Part shown: one piece after another, positions 45,733-55,248 of the stretch
Position numbering within the stretch: position 1 is the stretch's first letter
How the letters are laid out: the number at the start of each line of letters is the position of its first letter
Source of the DNA: Deltaproteobacteria bacterium
Lineage (GTDB): Bacteria > Desulfobacterota > JADFVX01
Direction of reading: 5' to 3'
DNA: 64,000 bases
NCBI GenBank assembly: GCA_029860075.1
Contig: JAOUBX010000011.1
Span: forward strand, 11,031-75,030
Notes under the pieces: generated by a model
The model's database searches: none
What the model was told of the DNA's origin: nothing
The model's input: only the letters and a program-made list of their open reading frames with translations
Position numbers and translations under genes: made by a program

Positions 45733-48450
45733 CTAGGCGATATCCCTCCGGATGAAGCTCATCTGGGAGAAGCTCTTCTTGAAAGGCGATTCACCGATCT
45801 TCTTAACCTTACCCATGGCAATCTTATAGTTGTAGTTCATTGTCATAGGATCAGGTACTCTTGGTGCAATCGAATTGAATGCCTGCTTTTTATCAAGGAA
45901 GTTGGTAAAGGTTACCCCCTTCTTAATGGCAGGTGTTACGATTGCCACGGCAGAGAACTCACCTGATTCAAACTTGAGGTGTCCACGCTTTTTGAGACCG
46001 TTGAAGTACATGTCGTCACCTTTCACACCAAGGTTGAAGTCCTTCTGGATTGCAACCCTGTCGTTGGTTACGGTCACCATATCACCGGACTCGATACCCC
46101 TCTTCTTAGCATCAGCAGGGTGAATCTCGATGAAGTTCATGGGCCATCTCTGTTGGATATAGGCACGTCTTTCCGTATCATCGAATCCGGATTGCCATAT
46201 CTCGTTGATACGACCGGCAGTTACCCAGAGTTCACCGTCCCTCGGCTTGAGATAGTCATGGTACTGGTTCCAATAGAAATTCCATGGCGTTTTCATCAGG
46301 TTCAGCTTACCTGTCTGTGATTTAAAGGCCATAATGTTCTTCTTGATAACCGTAGGACCCTCGGGACCGGTTTCCGGTATGGCGAACTTCTTATTTTTAT
46401 TACGGTCATACCAGTGCTGCCTCGGTGTTTCCATGATCTTGCCGTCAACCCAGAGAAGCGGCGCCTGATAACCCTGCGTACCTCTCTTGGCCAGGAAGTC
46501 ATGAGCTTTCATACCGGCCTTCCTTGCGGCAACCTTAATTGCGTTGAAGTCAGACCTGTGACCACGGCTGAACCTGCAAGCCTCCTCGAATACATCGTTG
46601 GAGTCTTTCCAGTCGTAACCGTCAAAGCCCATCTTCTTGGCAAACATAGAGACGATCTTCCAGTCTGGTTTGGCGTCACCCGGTGCATCGTAGAACTTAG
46701 AATAAAGACGGATACGCCTTTCACCGTTCTCCCTGGTAAAGCTGTCTTCACCCCATGTTGCGGCAGGAAGAATAATGTCGGCATACTGGCTGCCAACGGG
46801 ATCGATGAGGTAGATGTCCTGATTGACGACAACCATACCACCACTGTCTACCCTCTTCTTGAGTGTTTCGATAATTTCTTTCTTATCGAAGCTCTTTACC
46901 TGGTTCGGATTGAGCTTGACCTGTCTCTTAAAGCTATCCTGCATAGCTGCAGAACCGGCCATGGCCTGCATCCAGGTCGTTCCAACTACATAGGCAAATC
47001 GCAGGTGGCCCGCTTCAACCCAGCGGTCAAGATCCAGTCTATGACGCCTTCTGCCGGGGAACTTGTAAGGTGACCTGATACCGGGGTAAGGGCCACCGCC
47101 CCTGCCGCCACGCTGATGTCCACCGAGACGGGTTACAGCACTTCCGGGCTTTCCACCTGCACCGCAGATAATTCCAAGTACTCCAACTGAGGCAGTGTTA
47201 CCCCAGTTGTTTGACCAGTAATTACCTTTCTCGATACCGATTGTAAGCTTACGGCGCTTGCCTCTTTTCGGCTTAGCCATTAATTCAGCTGCTTTGTAGA
47301 TCTTCTTTACATCAATTCCGCAAATCTTGGCAGCAACCTTCGGATCGGCTGACTTTTCACCGAGGTTCCACTTTTTATAAGCTTCGATGCCGTTAACGAC
47401 GCCGATCTTACCCCATGTGGTTCTCCACTGCCATGGTGTATTACGCGTTCCCTGGCCGAATCCGGAGTCCGTCTCCCACTTATTGTTAACAAAGCGCTTG
47501 ATGAATTCCTTGTCTTCCCATCCTTTTTCAAGGATGACCCTTGCAATGGCGTTGTGCAGGGCCTGATCGGTTCCAGGCGTAATATCGATCCAGAGGCCGC
47601 CATTCTTTTCTATATGGGCAACACCGGCAGTTCTTCTGGGGTTGACCATGATAACCTTGGTCTTGTTTTTCTGGATTCCTTTGAGAATCCACTCATTCCA
47701 GACGATTGTTTTCGCTTCATAGGGATCGGTCCCTGAAAGGAAAATTGTGTCTGCAAGAGAGAAGTCCTCGTAGGCTGCGGGAAAGATGTCATAACCGATA
47801 TCTACCCAACCCGGAACGGAGTTAACGATTGCCGGGTGGTCATGATGTGCCACAGCCGGCGTCCCGATATTCCTGAAAGCAAGCTTGGTAAGTGCAAAAG
47901 TGTTCTCATAGTATTGGTAACTAAAGTACTTGAGACCCCATGCATTCTCACCGTGATTTTTAAGAACATGCCTCGAAACATCGGCCATAATGTCCAGGGC
48001 AAAGTCCCAGGTAACAGGCATGAGCGTATCATGAACCCTTACCATAGGATATTTGAGCCTGTCCTGGGTAGGGCTCTTAGGATTGTATACTTTCTGGGCA
48101 ATACATCCGCCACGTATACTGGCGTCTCCGCCGACGTTAACGACCTTTGAGTCACCATCAGGTACAACGGCAATATTGTAAAGCTTACCTTTATAGGCAG
48201 CCTGTGTTACCTGGGTTGGACTTACCCAGTTACCGGATCTTCCCGGAATGCTCGTAGAACCGGGCAGAACAAAATCCCTGTTTAGAGCATTCTGGCTCTT
48301 CTTGGGTCCACCGGGCTTTGCATTTGCAGGCCAGCGGTAGACCTTGTAGCCGCATGCAACGATACAGTAATCGCAACATGTAGTGAGCACCTCTGCGTTT
48401 TTAGGCGGAAGAGGCACTCTGTCTTCTGGCTGATAATGTGGTGTTGACAT
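45733..48450 (-). CDS. aioA: Arsenite-oxidase-type molybdopterin oxidoreductase large subunit (AioA-like)
   Basis: 905 aa. N-terminal RVPLPPKNAEVLTTCCDYCIVACGYKVYRWP closely matches the AioA 3Fe-4S motif region (CxxCxxxC...). Also NGERRIRL and EIWQS blocks shared with AioA. Preceded by its Rieske partner. Confidence 0.8.
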   Translation of the reverse strand: MSTPHYQPEDRVPLPPKNAEVLTTCCDYCIVACGYKVYRWPANAKPGGPKKSQNALNRDFVLPGSTSIPGRSGNWVSPTQVTQAAYKGKLYNIAVVPDGDSKVVNVGGDASIRGGCIAQKVYNPKSPTQDRLKYPMVRVHDTLMPVTWDFALDIMADVSRHVLKNHGENAWGLKYFSYQYYENTFALTKLAFRNIGTPAVAHHDHPAIVNSVPGWVDIGYDIFPAAYEDFSLADTIFLSGTDPYEAKTIVWNEWILKGIQKNKTKVIMVNPRRTAGVAHIEKNGGLWIDITPGTDQALHNAIARVILEKGWEDKEFIKRFVNNKWETDSGFGQGTRNTPWQWRTTWGKIGVVNGIEAYKKWNLGEKSADPKVAAKICGIDVKKIYKAAELMAKPKRGKRRKLTIGIEKGNYWSNNWGNTASVGVLGIICGAGGKPGSAVTRLGGHQRGGRGGGPYPGIRSPYKFPGRRRHRLDLDRWVEAGHLRFAYVVGTTWMQAMAGSAAMQDSFKRQVKLNPNQVKSFDKKEIIETLKKRVDSGGMVVVNQDIYLIDPVGSQYADIILPAATWGEDSFTRENGERRIRLYSKFYDAPGDAKPDWKIVSMFAKKMGFDGYDWKDSNDVFEEACRFSRGHRSDFNAIKVAARKAGMKAHDFLAKRGTQGYQAPLLWVDGKIMETPRQHWYDRNKNKKFAIPETGPEGPTVIKKNIMAFKSQTGKLNLMKTPWNFYWNQYHDYLKPRDGELWVTAGRINEIWQSGFDDTERRAYIQQRWPMNFIEIHPADAKKRGIESGDMVTVTNDRVAIQKDFNLGVKGDDMYFNGLKKRGHLKFESGEFSAVAIVTPAIKKGVTFTNFLDKKQAFNSIAPRVPDPMTMNYNYKIAMGKVKKIGESPFKKSFSQMSFIRRDIA

Positions 48451-48462
48451 AGTATATACCTC

Positions 48463-49002
48463 CTATCCTTTCAAGTTATCGTACCGGCCATAAATAAGAC
48501 CGATAAGTCCGACGGCATAAATGTCGTCTCCCTCGACTTCGAGGAGAACCTGTGGAAGGCTCTGCGTTGCATGACCGGTGACGATCATACCGTGCCTCGT
48601 CAGGTCAAAGGTAGACTGATGGAAAGGACAGGGTCCGAGAGCTTTGTCTGCGGACTGATAGAACCTTCCCATGGGGCCACCCATATGTGTACAGAGCGTA
48701 TTAAAAGCCACAACATCTTTCTTTCTTCCTATCCCGCCTCCGGCAGGCGTCCCGAGCTTAACAAGTATGCTCTGGGAATTTTTGCCGTCATCGGGATATT
48801 TGAAAGTCAAAGGCTTGTTGGCCTTCAGCTTACTGAGCCTTCCGATCTTCTTTTTCGGATAGGTAGTCACTTCAGCCGCTATGGCCTTTCCTTCCAGACC
48901 GGGAATATTGTTGAGAAGTACCGTAGTTGCTACGGCAGCACCGCTCCCGATAAGAAAGGCCCTTCGGCTTATGCAACGGTCATCATTTTTACTATTTTCC
49001 AT
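48463..49002 (-). CDS. aioB: Rieske [2Fe-2S] small subunit with Tat signal (AioB-like)
   Basis: 179 aa, twin-arginine motif RRAFLIGSG. Rieske boxes CTHMGG and CPFHQS. Confidence 0.8.
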   Translation of the reverse strand: MENSKNDDRCISRRAFLIGSGAAVATTVLLNNIPGLEGKAIAAEVTTYPKKKIGRLSKLKANKPLTFKYPDDGKNSQSILVKLGTPAGGGIGRKKDVVAFNTLCTHMGGPMGRFYQSADKALGPCPFHQSTFDLTRHGMIVTGHATQSLPQVLLEVEGDDIYAVGLIGLIYGRYDNLKG

Positions 49003-49015
49003 AGCTTAAACCTCC

Positions 49016-50260
49016 TTAATATTTGATGCCCTGGGCATCGAGGTAGAACTCGATTCCAGTGATTTTGGCCTTCTTCTGGGTCAGGCGCTTTACATCAGGG
49101 AAGGGCTTCATTTTGGGAACCTTGACGGAACCGATCTTGATTTCCTTACCACTGATCTCTTCGAGGAAAGCAACGAGAGCTTCCTTCTCACCATCAGTCA
49201 AGCCGAGAGGTTTGAGGATCTTCGTCTTGGTACCGTACTTTTTGGTAAAGTCGTTCTCACCACCACCATCGTTGTAGAAATCAATGACTTCTTCGAGGGT
49301 AAAGAACTGACCGGCATGCATATAAGGCGCCGTATACTTGAGATAACGAAGCGGTGCTGTCCTGAATTTACCGAGATCCTTTTTTTGCTTGGTTTGGAAA
49401 TAGAGGCCCAGGTCGTCTTTGTAGTTCCTGTATTTGTCCTCATAGACACCCTTGGCATAAAGCTCAAACCTGAAAGTGATCTGATTAAGACCTATCGTCT
49501 CCCACTCTTCAGGCCTCGGTACACCGATATTATAAAACTTCTCGTCAGTCAGCATAGGACCATTGTGACACTCAATACAGTTGGCCTTACCTTCGAAAAG
49601 CTTCATCCCTTTAACGGCCTTCTTGGAAAGGGCGCTCTTCTTACCTTTCAGATACTTATCAAGTGGAGACTCCCACTTGCCGACCTGCGAAAGCGCACCA
49701 CGCTCAAAAGCAGCAATTGCCATATAAGCCAGTGGACGAACATTAGGCTGCTCTGCACCGTAGACCTTTCTGAAAAGCTCTACATACTCAGGTGTTTGAC
49801 GAAGACGCTCATCCATCACGTCCAGTTCACCATTACCGGCAACACCACCCTGTGCGGCAGATTTAGCCTGCTTTTCGAGACTCGTTGTCGATCCGGCCCA
49901 GAAAACCTTGTTCAGGTACCCTGTATTGACAACGGTCTGGCAGTTTCTCCAGTGGACCGTACCGGGATAACCACGGCAGATCGGTTCGTTAAATCCCCAA
50001 CCCTGTTCGGGATGGTGACAGTCTACGCAAGCCAGACTTGCGTCACCTGAAATTTTAGGATCGAAATAGAGCATTTTTCCCAGCTCGATCTTTTCAGGCG
50101 TCATAGAGTTATCCATGGGATCCGGCACAGGGCCCAGAGGGGCGAGTGGCGGATCAAAATCAGGATCTCCCTTTGCAAAGGTGGACGAAGCAGCCATTAA
50201 AAAAGCAAGGCATGTCACCACCATCAGAGGGAGGGCCACTTTATAAATTCTTTTATTCAT
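49016..50260 (-). CDS. Dihaem cytochrome c peroxidase / MauG family protein
   Basis: 414 aa, signal peptide, CVDCH and CIECH in CCP-family context (GNGELDVMDER, PYMHAGQF). Confidence 0.8.
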   Translation of the reverse strand: MNKRIYKVALPLMVVTCLAFLMAASSTFAKGDPDFDPPLAPLGPVPDPMDNSMTPEKIELGKMLYFDPKISGDASLACVDCHHPEQGWGFNEPICRGYPGTVHWRNCQTVVNTGYLNKVFWAGSTTSLEKQAKSAAQGGVAGNGELDVMDERLRQTPEYVELFRKVYGAEQPNVRPLAYMAIAAFERGALSQVGKWESPLDKYLKGKKSALSKKAVKGMKLFEGKANCIECHNGPMLTDEKFYNIGVPRPEEWETIGLNQITFRFELYAKGVYEDKYRNYKDDLGLYFQTKQKKDLGKFRTAPLRYLKYTAPYMHAGQFFTLEEVIDFYNDGGGENDFTKKYGTKTKILKPLGLTDGEKEALVAFLEEISGKEIKIGSVKVPKMKPFPDVKRLTQKKAKITGIEFYLDAQGIKY

Positions 50261-50275
50261 GATTAAACCTCCCGT

Positions 50276-51403
50276 CTAATTCTTTTTATTGAGCCAGTCT
50301 TCGATCACAGGATATTCCTGCGGGATCTTGGGTGGATCAATTTTTCCAGGTTGTTTAGGACTGCTTAAACTCTCCAGGAAGGCAACGAGTTGCTTTTTCT
50401 CGCCGGAGCTGAGTCCTAACTTCTTAAGTTCCCTTGCTAGAGGATCATCATGCCCGCCACCGTTATTGTAGAATTCAACAACATCCTTCAATGACTTAAT
50501 GGTGCCGTTATGCATGTAAGGAGCGGTGTACTTGAGTTCCCTCAGCGTAGGGGTAATGAACTTTCCTACGTCAGCATATTTTTTGCTGGTAAAGAAATAA
50601 CCCACGTCTCTTCTCCACTGTCCCCCTTTGGGAACACCGTATGTGGTCAGAACCGCACGGTAGGTGGCATGCCTGACGGCATTTTTGAACACTTCGAGGT
50701 TCTCGGCAACACCCGTATTATGCGGTTTGCCATCTGAAAAGTAGGAGCCGTTGTGGCACTTGATGCAGCCTGCCTTACCTTTGAAGAGCTTCATACCGGC
50801 CTTGGCATCTTTTGACATATTACCTTTGTCGAAAGGTGCGTCACCGGTGGAAACAAGCGTTTCCACATAGGCGATCAATGCTTTCCTTGCCTTACCGGAA
50901 GAGCACTCACCGTTGAAGTTTTCCTTACACATTTTCACGTAAGTAGGATCCTGTTTCATCCGCTCATGAAGTATTCTCATGTCCAGGTTCAGGATAGTCG
51001 TTTCAGTGATCTGGTCCCTCATCACATCGTTCAGGCTGGAACCCATGCGGCCGTCCCATCCCCATCCCACATCCGAGAAGCCACTCTTATAAACGACATT
51101 TAAAAGCGTTGCCGAATTCCTGAAATAATCGGAACCGGGATATGCCTTTGACAGTGGCTGTCCATCACCGAAACCCTTTCTCGGATCGTGGCACGTAGCA
51201 CAGCTGATAGCGCCATCACCGGAAATCCTCGCGTCATAGAAAAGCCGCTTGCCCATTTCAACCATGGACGCCTTAGGGGCTTTCCTTTTCGGCAGGGGTC
51301 CGATGTCTTCACCGGCCATAGCTACCGTGGGAGCAGCAATGAAAAGAGTCACTGCACCCAACAGAGCGAGACCGGACATGGCTAAGATCTTTTTCTTCCC
51401 CAT
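50276..51403 (-). CDS. Dihaem cytochrome c peroxidase / MauG family protein (tandem paralogue)
   Basis: 375 aa, CATCH and CIKCH, PYMHNG motif. Confidence 0.8.
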   Translation of the reverse strand: MGKKKILAMSGLALLGAVTLFIAAPTVAMAGEDIGPLPKRKAPKASMVEMGKRLFYDARISGDGAISCATCHDPRKGFGDGQPLSKAYPGSDYFRNSATLLNVVYKSGFSDVGWGWDGRMGSSLNDVMRDQITETTILNLDMRILHERMKQDPTYVKMCKENFNGECSSGKARKALIAYVETLVSTGDAPFDKGNMSKDAKAGMKLFKGKAGCIKCHNGSYFSDGKPHNTGVAENLEVFKNAVRHATYRAVLTTYGVPKGGQWRRDVGYFFTSKKYADVGKFITPTLRELKYTAPYMHNGTIKSLKDVVEFYNNGGGHDDPLARELKKLGLSSGEKKQLVAFLESLSSPKQPGKIDPPKIPQEYPVIEDWLNKKN

Positions 51404-51421
51404 GTCTTACACCTCCATATT

Positions 51422-52201
51422 TTATTGTTTGCTAAATTCAAAGTTTGACTCGACTTTACCCTTTGCAGGCACGGTTACCTTGGTCTTCTGAACACCGAGC
51501 TTGGGGTGCCATGCCTTTAAAGTATATTCACCGGGCGGAACGTTATCAATTTTATAGGTCCCGTCGGCATTAACCACAACAGCATAGGGATGCTCAGGAG
51601 CCAGCATGAAACCGAACATGAAGTTATGGGCCTCACAGTTGAGCGATATATAGGAAGAACGTCTCGGCTTGAGCGCTTTCTCAATATCACCCTTATCAGG
51701 CTGACCGAAGTTAAAGAGCGTCCTTTTAATAGGTTTTCTTCCTTTTTTCTCGACTCCGATCATTTCACGCATATTGATGTTATGGAGTACGGAATCACTA
51801 TTCCTGATAGTAACGTTCCCCCGTTTAACTACCTGAGCCCAGGGAGTAAAACGACAGTCTTTCTGGTCGACGATATATTTGCCGCTTTTGGGAGCCGACC
51901 ACTTTTTCCCTTTTTTAACCTTGTCTAAAAAGACAAATGTCCCTCTAAGTGCGTTGCCCTTGATATCGACCCATACAACCTCACGGTAACCTTCACCGCA
52001 TATTTCAGGGTTTTTTGTAATGGATATCTTCTCCACTGCATTGTCAGGAGCAGCCCCTTTAAAGGAGACTTTACCTGATACACTGCCGCCATCACTGACG
52101 TCACCCTCTTTGTAAGCGGCATGACCTGCCATGGGCACGGCAATCATAAGGGCCGTCAAAAGTGCTGAAAGCTCAAATTTTATACCCCATTTCACTTGCA
52201 T
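51422..52201 (-). CDS. Secreted tandem beta-sandwich (CarboxypepD_reg-like) protein
   Basis: 259 aa, signal peptide. C-terminal DGTYKIDNVPPGEYTLKAWHP is typical of carboxypeptidase regulatory-like/transthyretin-like folds. Confidence 0.45.
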   Translation of the reverse strand: MQVKWGIKFELSALLTALMIAVPMAGHAAYKEGDVSDGGSVSGKVSFKGAAPDNAVEKISITKNPEICGEGYREVVWVDIKGNALRGTFVFLDKVKKGKKWSAPKSGKYIVDQKDCRFTPWAQVVKRGNVTIRNSDSVLHNINMREMIGVEKKGRKPIKRTLFNFGQPDKGDIEKALKPRRSSYISLNCEAHNFMFGFMLAPEHPYAVVVNADGTYKIDNVPPGEYTLKAWHPKLGVQKTKVTVPAKGKVESNFEFSKQ

Positions 52202-52264
52202 ACCTCCTATGCTGTTACATTAAGTCTAAACATGGCGGGCCTTAGCCCGCCATAGATCGACTGA

Positions 52265-53359
52265 TTAGAATTTAACGTTCAGGTTAACCTGAATCCTTGT
52301 ACGGTCATCTGTCAGGATCGCATCTTCTTCAACATACGTTGCACCTTTAGTCGTTAAACCGGCAATAGTGTAAGTACCATCAGCGTTATCTGTTACTTTT
52401 TCCTTGGGCTCCATATCATAGTAGCGAATATCCAGGGATACTTTGCTAGCCAATTTGAAATCGGCCTGAACGCGGATACCATCGAAGTTACTCACACCGC
52501 TGCCTCCCGGATTGGGGAAGTTGTCCTGAGACGCCATACCATCGTATGGAGCGGCAAATGCCCCGACAGAGTAGCTGTAAATCCTGAATCCGAGCCAATC
52601 GGTAGCCTTAATCCTGGCCTGGGCAACGATAGCCGTCTCTTCTTCGTCTGCATCAGATTGGATGTAGTCAACAGCAACTCTCCAGATTCCACCTTTAAGC
52701 TGTGCACTGGCAGTGCTGTGGCTTTCAGCCTGCAATGCATCGCCCTCATTGGCAATAGAGACAGCCCCAAGAGCCGCCTTCAGCTTAAGCCCTCCAAAGC
52801 CTTGACCGTAAACTACCTGAGCCGTTGTATAGATTTCGTCATCATTAGGATTATCAGGTGTCCATCCAGCCTCAGTAGCAATAAAATAACCGGCATGAAA
52901 ACCAACGGGGCCAGCTTTGTAGCCCAGTTGTATACCCTCATGTTGCAAATCCCCATCAAACACAACCTCTGTAGTGGCCCAGTATTTAGCCGCTGCCTTA
53001 CCGAAAATAGCATTAAAATCAGCTACCTTGTAAGAAATGTATGCCTGGTCAAGGCCAAAGCTGTCACTGCCGCCGTCTCCAAGCGTCTGGTGAGGCGAAT
53101 TTGCAGAACCTGCCTTGGTAGCGAGACGAATCTTGAGGCCCCAGTTTTCATCAACAGTGTACTTGGCGCCAATACGTGCACGAATACGATGACGATCACG
53201 CTCCTCTTTTGTAGTATGATCCCTGTCATCCTGCTCATACCTGTAACGTACATCACCGAAAAGCGAAAGATTGTCCCCAACCTCAACGCCCGCATAAGCA
53301 GGTAACGATGAGAACCCAAACATTAAAGCCATTAATAAAACAAAAAATCTTTTAATCAT
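52265..53359 (-). CDS. Outer-membrane beta-barrel porin
   Basis: 364 aa, signal peptide, alternating amphipathic strands, C-terminal Phe (NLNVKF). No haem motif. Confidence 0.65.
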   Translation of the reverse strand: MIKRFFVLLMALMFGFSSLPAYAGVEVGDNLSLFGDVRYRYEQDDRDHTTKEERDRHRIRARIGAKYTVDENWGLKIRLATKAGSANSPHQTLGDGGSDSFGLDQAYISYKVADFNAIFGKAAAKYWATTEVVFDGDLQHEGIQLGYKAGPVGFHAGYFIATEAGWTPDNPNDDEIYTTAQVVYGQGFGGLKLKAALGAVSIANEGDALQAESHSTASAQLKGGIWRVAVDYIQSDADEEETAIVAQARIKATDWLGFRIYSYSVGAFAAPYDGMASQDNFPNPGGSGVSNFDGIRVQADFKLASKVSLDIRYYDMEPKEKVTDNADGTYTIAGLTTKGATYVEEDAILTDDRTRIQVNLNVKF

Positions 53360-53613
53360 TTATAAACTCCTTTCATGAAATTGACTTAATCCCACACCCC
53401 GAAATCGAAATTAATCTTTCTTTATCACCTCCTTTTCTCAATTCCCGGCAGTTACATGTCCCTTTAGTTTCTTCAATGAGGAGGGGAATGCATTCTCTAC
53501 CTTCACGCCCCGGTGATTACAACAAGGCGTTTTTTTATTCACATATTTCACATTTAAAAAGATGATTAACAGATGAATCAAGTAAATCTGTCATTTAATC
53601 ATGAGTGGTAATA

Positions 53614-53628
53614 GCAACAGACATGCCA
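53614..53628 (-). promoter_or_regulatory. Sigma-54 (-24/-12) promoter of the porin/CCP/aioBA operon
   Basis: The minus strand reads TGGCAT-GTCTG-TTGCT, about 255 bp upstream of the porin start. Confidence 0.7.
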
Positions 53629-53715
53629 CACTTTTTTTCCTCATAATTTCAGGAACTTAATCAGTTTATGAATGGCGATAATGCTTGAGTGTGGTTGGAT
53701 GTTTACCAATAAGCC

Positions 53716-53742
53716 GGTAACCTTATTACCAGTTAAAAGCAT
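53716..53742. promoter_or_regulatory. Candidate enhancer-binding-protein site (dyad GGTAA-N5-TTACCAGT)
   Basis: GGTAACCTTATTACCAGTTAAAAG lies about 100 bp upstream of the -24 element. Same dyad and spacing as at 22700. An extra TGGTAAAC half-site is nearby. Confidence 0.6.
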
Positions 53743-53865
53743 AGTATACAAATGATATCATTGTATAGCAGAAGAGGAAGTGGCGAGTCTTAAAATAATT
53801 ATTCCCCGGACAAGGGGGCGAATTGATTCGCTGATTTGAGCAGGTATAATCAAAGGTTCCCTTAA

Positions 53866-55230
53866 CTATTTATGAAGACCATACTTCTTGAGCTTGTCCC
53901 GCAGGGTCAACCTCGATATACCGAGTAATTTGGCTGCCTTCGTTTTATTTCCACCCAGCATTTTGTGAACTTTAATAATATGATACTTTTCAACGTCTTC
54001 CAGTGTCATTTCATGGCTCTCACCCTGGGGCGCCGCTAAAGCATTTTCTCCGGCAGAAAGCAATTCACGGGGAAGTGAATCAATATCAATAGTCTCTCCT
54101 TTCGCGAGAATAACAGCCCGCTCCATAACATTTTTAAGTTCTCGTATGTTTCCCGGCCAGGAATAATTAAGAATCATATCTTTCGCTGCCCTGGAAATGC
54201 CCTTTATATTTTTTCCGAATACGGGATTATTCAAATCGATGAAATATTCAGCCAGAAAATGAACATCCTTTCTCCGCTCTCTCAAAGGAGGAAGCTCAAC
54301 AACCATGACTTTTAAGCGATAGTAAAGATCTTCCCTGAATTCGTTTTTCTTTACCATCCTTTCAAGATTCCTGTTTGTTGCTGCAATCACTCTCACATCA
54401 ACCGAGATATCACGTGTTCCCCCCAATTTTCTGAATGTCTGATATTCCAGAACCTGCAGCAATTTTGACTGCAGGTTAATGTCCATCTCTCCCATCTCAT
54501 CAAGAAAGATCGTTCCTCCATCGGCCAGTTCGAAAAGGCCTTTTTTGCTCTGCCTTGCATCGGTAAAGGCCCCTTTTTCATAACCAAAAAGTTCACTTTC
54601 AAGGAGGTTTTCCGGAATAGCGCTACAGTTAATTTTGATATAAGCATTATCCCTTCGTTCACTGTTGCAATGAATGGAATTAGCTACAAGCTCTTTGCCG
54701 GTGCCCGTCTCACCCATAATAAGAACAGATGTTTTCGGTGTCCCCGATACTATCTGAATAAATTCCCTCACAAGTTCAAAGGCAGGACTTTCTCCCACCA
54801 TATCGGGAGCGCCGAGGTCCTTCCGTTCATAGCGGCGCAACTCCACTTCCGATTTGAGCTGTCTGTTTTCCGTCGCCTTATCGACGAGAAGCTTTAACTC
54901 ATCCAGTTCAAAAGGCTTGTTTATATAATCATAAGCGCCTTCTTTCATTGCCAAAATGGCAGTTTTAACATCGGGGTAGGCTGTCATGACAATGACAGTC
55001 GTATCATCATCAAAAGACCTGAGTTCTTTCAAGACATCCAAACCGGACCTGTCGGGCAACCTCACATCGAGAAGAGCAATATCAACCTTCTGGCTTTTAA
55101 ATATCTCCAGGGCGCTGCCGGCCCTTTCCGCCGTAAGCACTCTGAAATCACGACGAACAAAGACCTCGGAAAGGGTTTTTCTCATTGTCTCTTCATCTTC
55201 TACAATTAACATGGATTGTTTCATAAGCAC
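53866..55230 (-). CDS. Sigma-54-dependent response regulator (NtrC/AioR-like)
   Basis: 454 aa with receiver domain (DEE...D), AAA+ sigma-54 activator domain (GETGTGKE, GAFTDA, ESELFGYEKGAF) and C-terminal Fis-type HTH. Confidence 0.9.
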   Translation of the reverse strand: MLMKQSMLIVEDEETMRKTLSEVFVRRDFRVLTAERAGSALEIFKSQKVDIALLDVRLPDRSGLDVLKELRSFDDDTTVIVMTAYPDVKTAILAMKEGAYDYINKPFELDELKLLVDKATENRQLKSEVELRRYERKDLGAPDMVGESPAFELVREFIQIVSGTPKTSVLIMGETGTGKELVANSIHCNSERRDNAYIKINCSAIPENLLESELFGYEKGAFTDARQSKKGLFELADGGTIFLDEMGEMDINLQSKLLQVLEYQTFRKLGGTRDISVDVRVIAATNRNLERMVKKNEFREDLYYRLKVMVVELPPLRERRKDVHFLAEYFIDLNNPVFGKNIKGISRAAKDMILNYSWPGNIRELKNVMERAVILAKGETIDIDSLPRELLSAGENALAAPQGESHEMTLEDVEKYHIIKVHKMLGGNKTKAAKLLGISRLTLRDKLKKYGLHK

Positions 55231-55248
55231 CTTTTTATATTTAAAATA

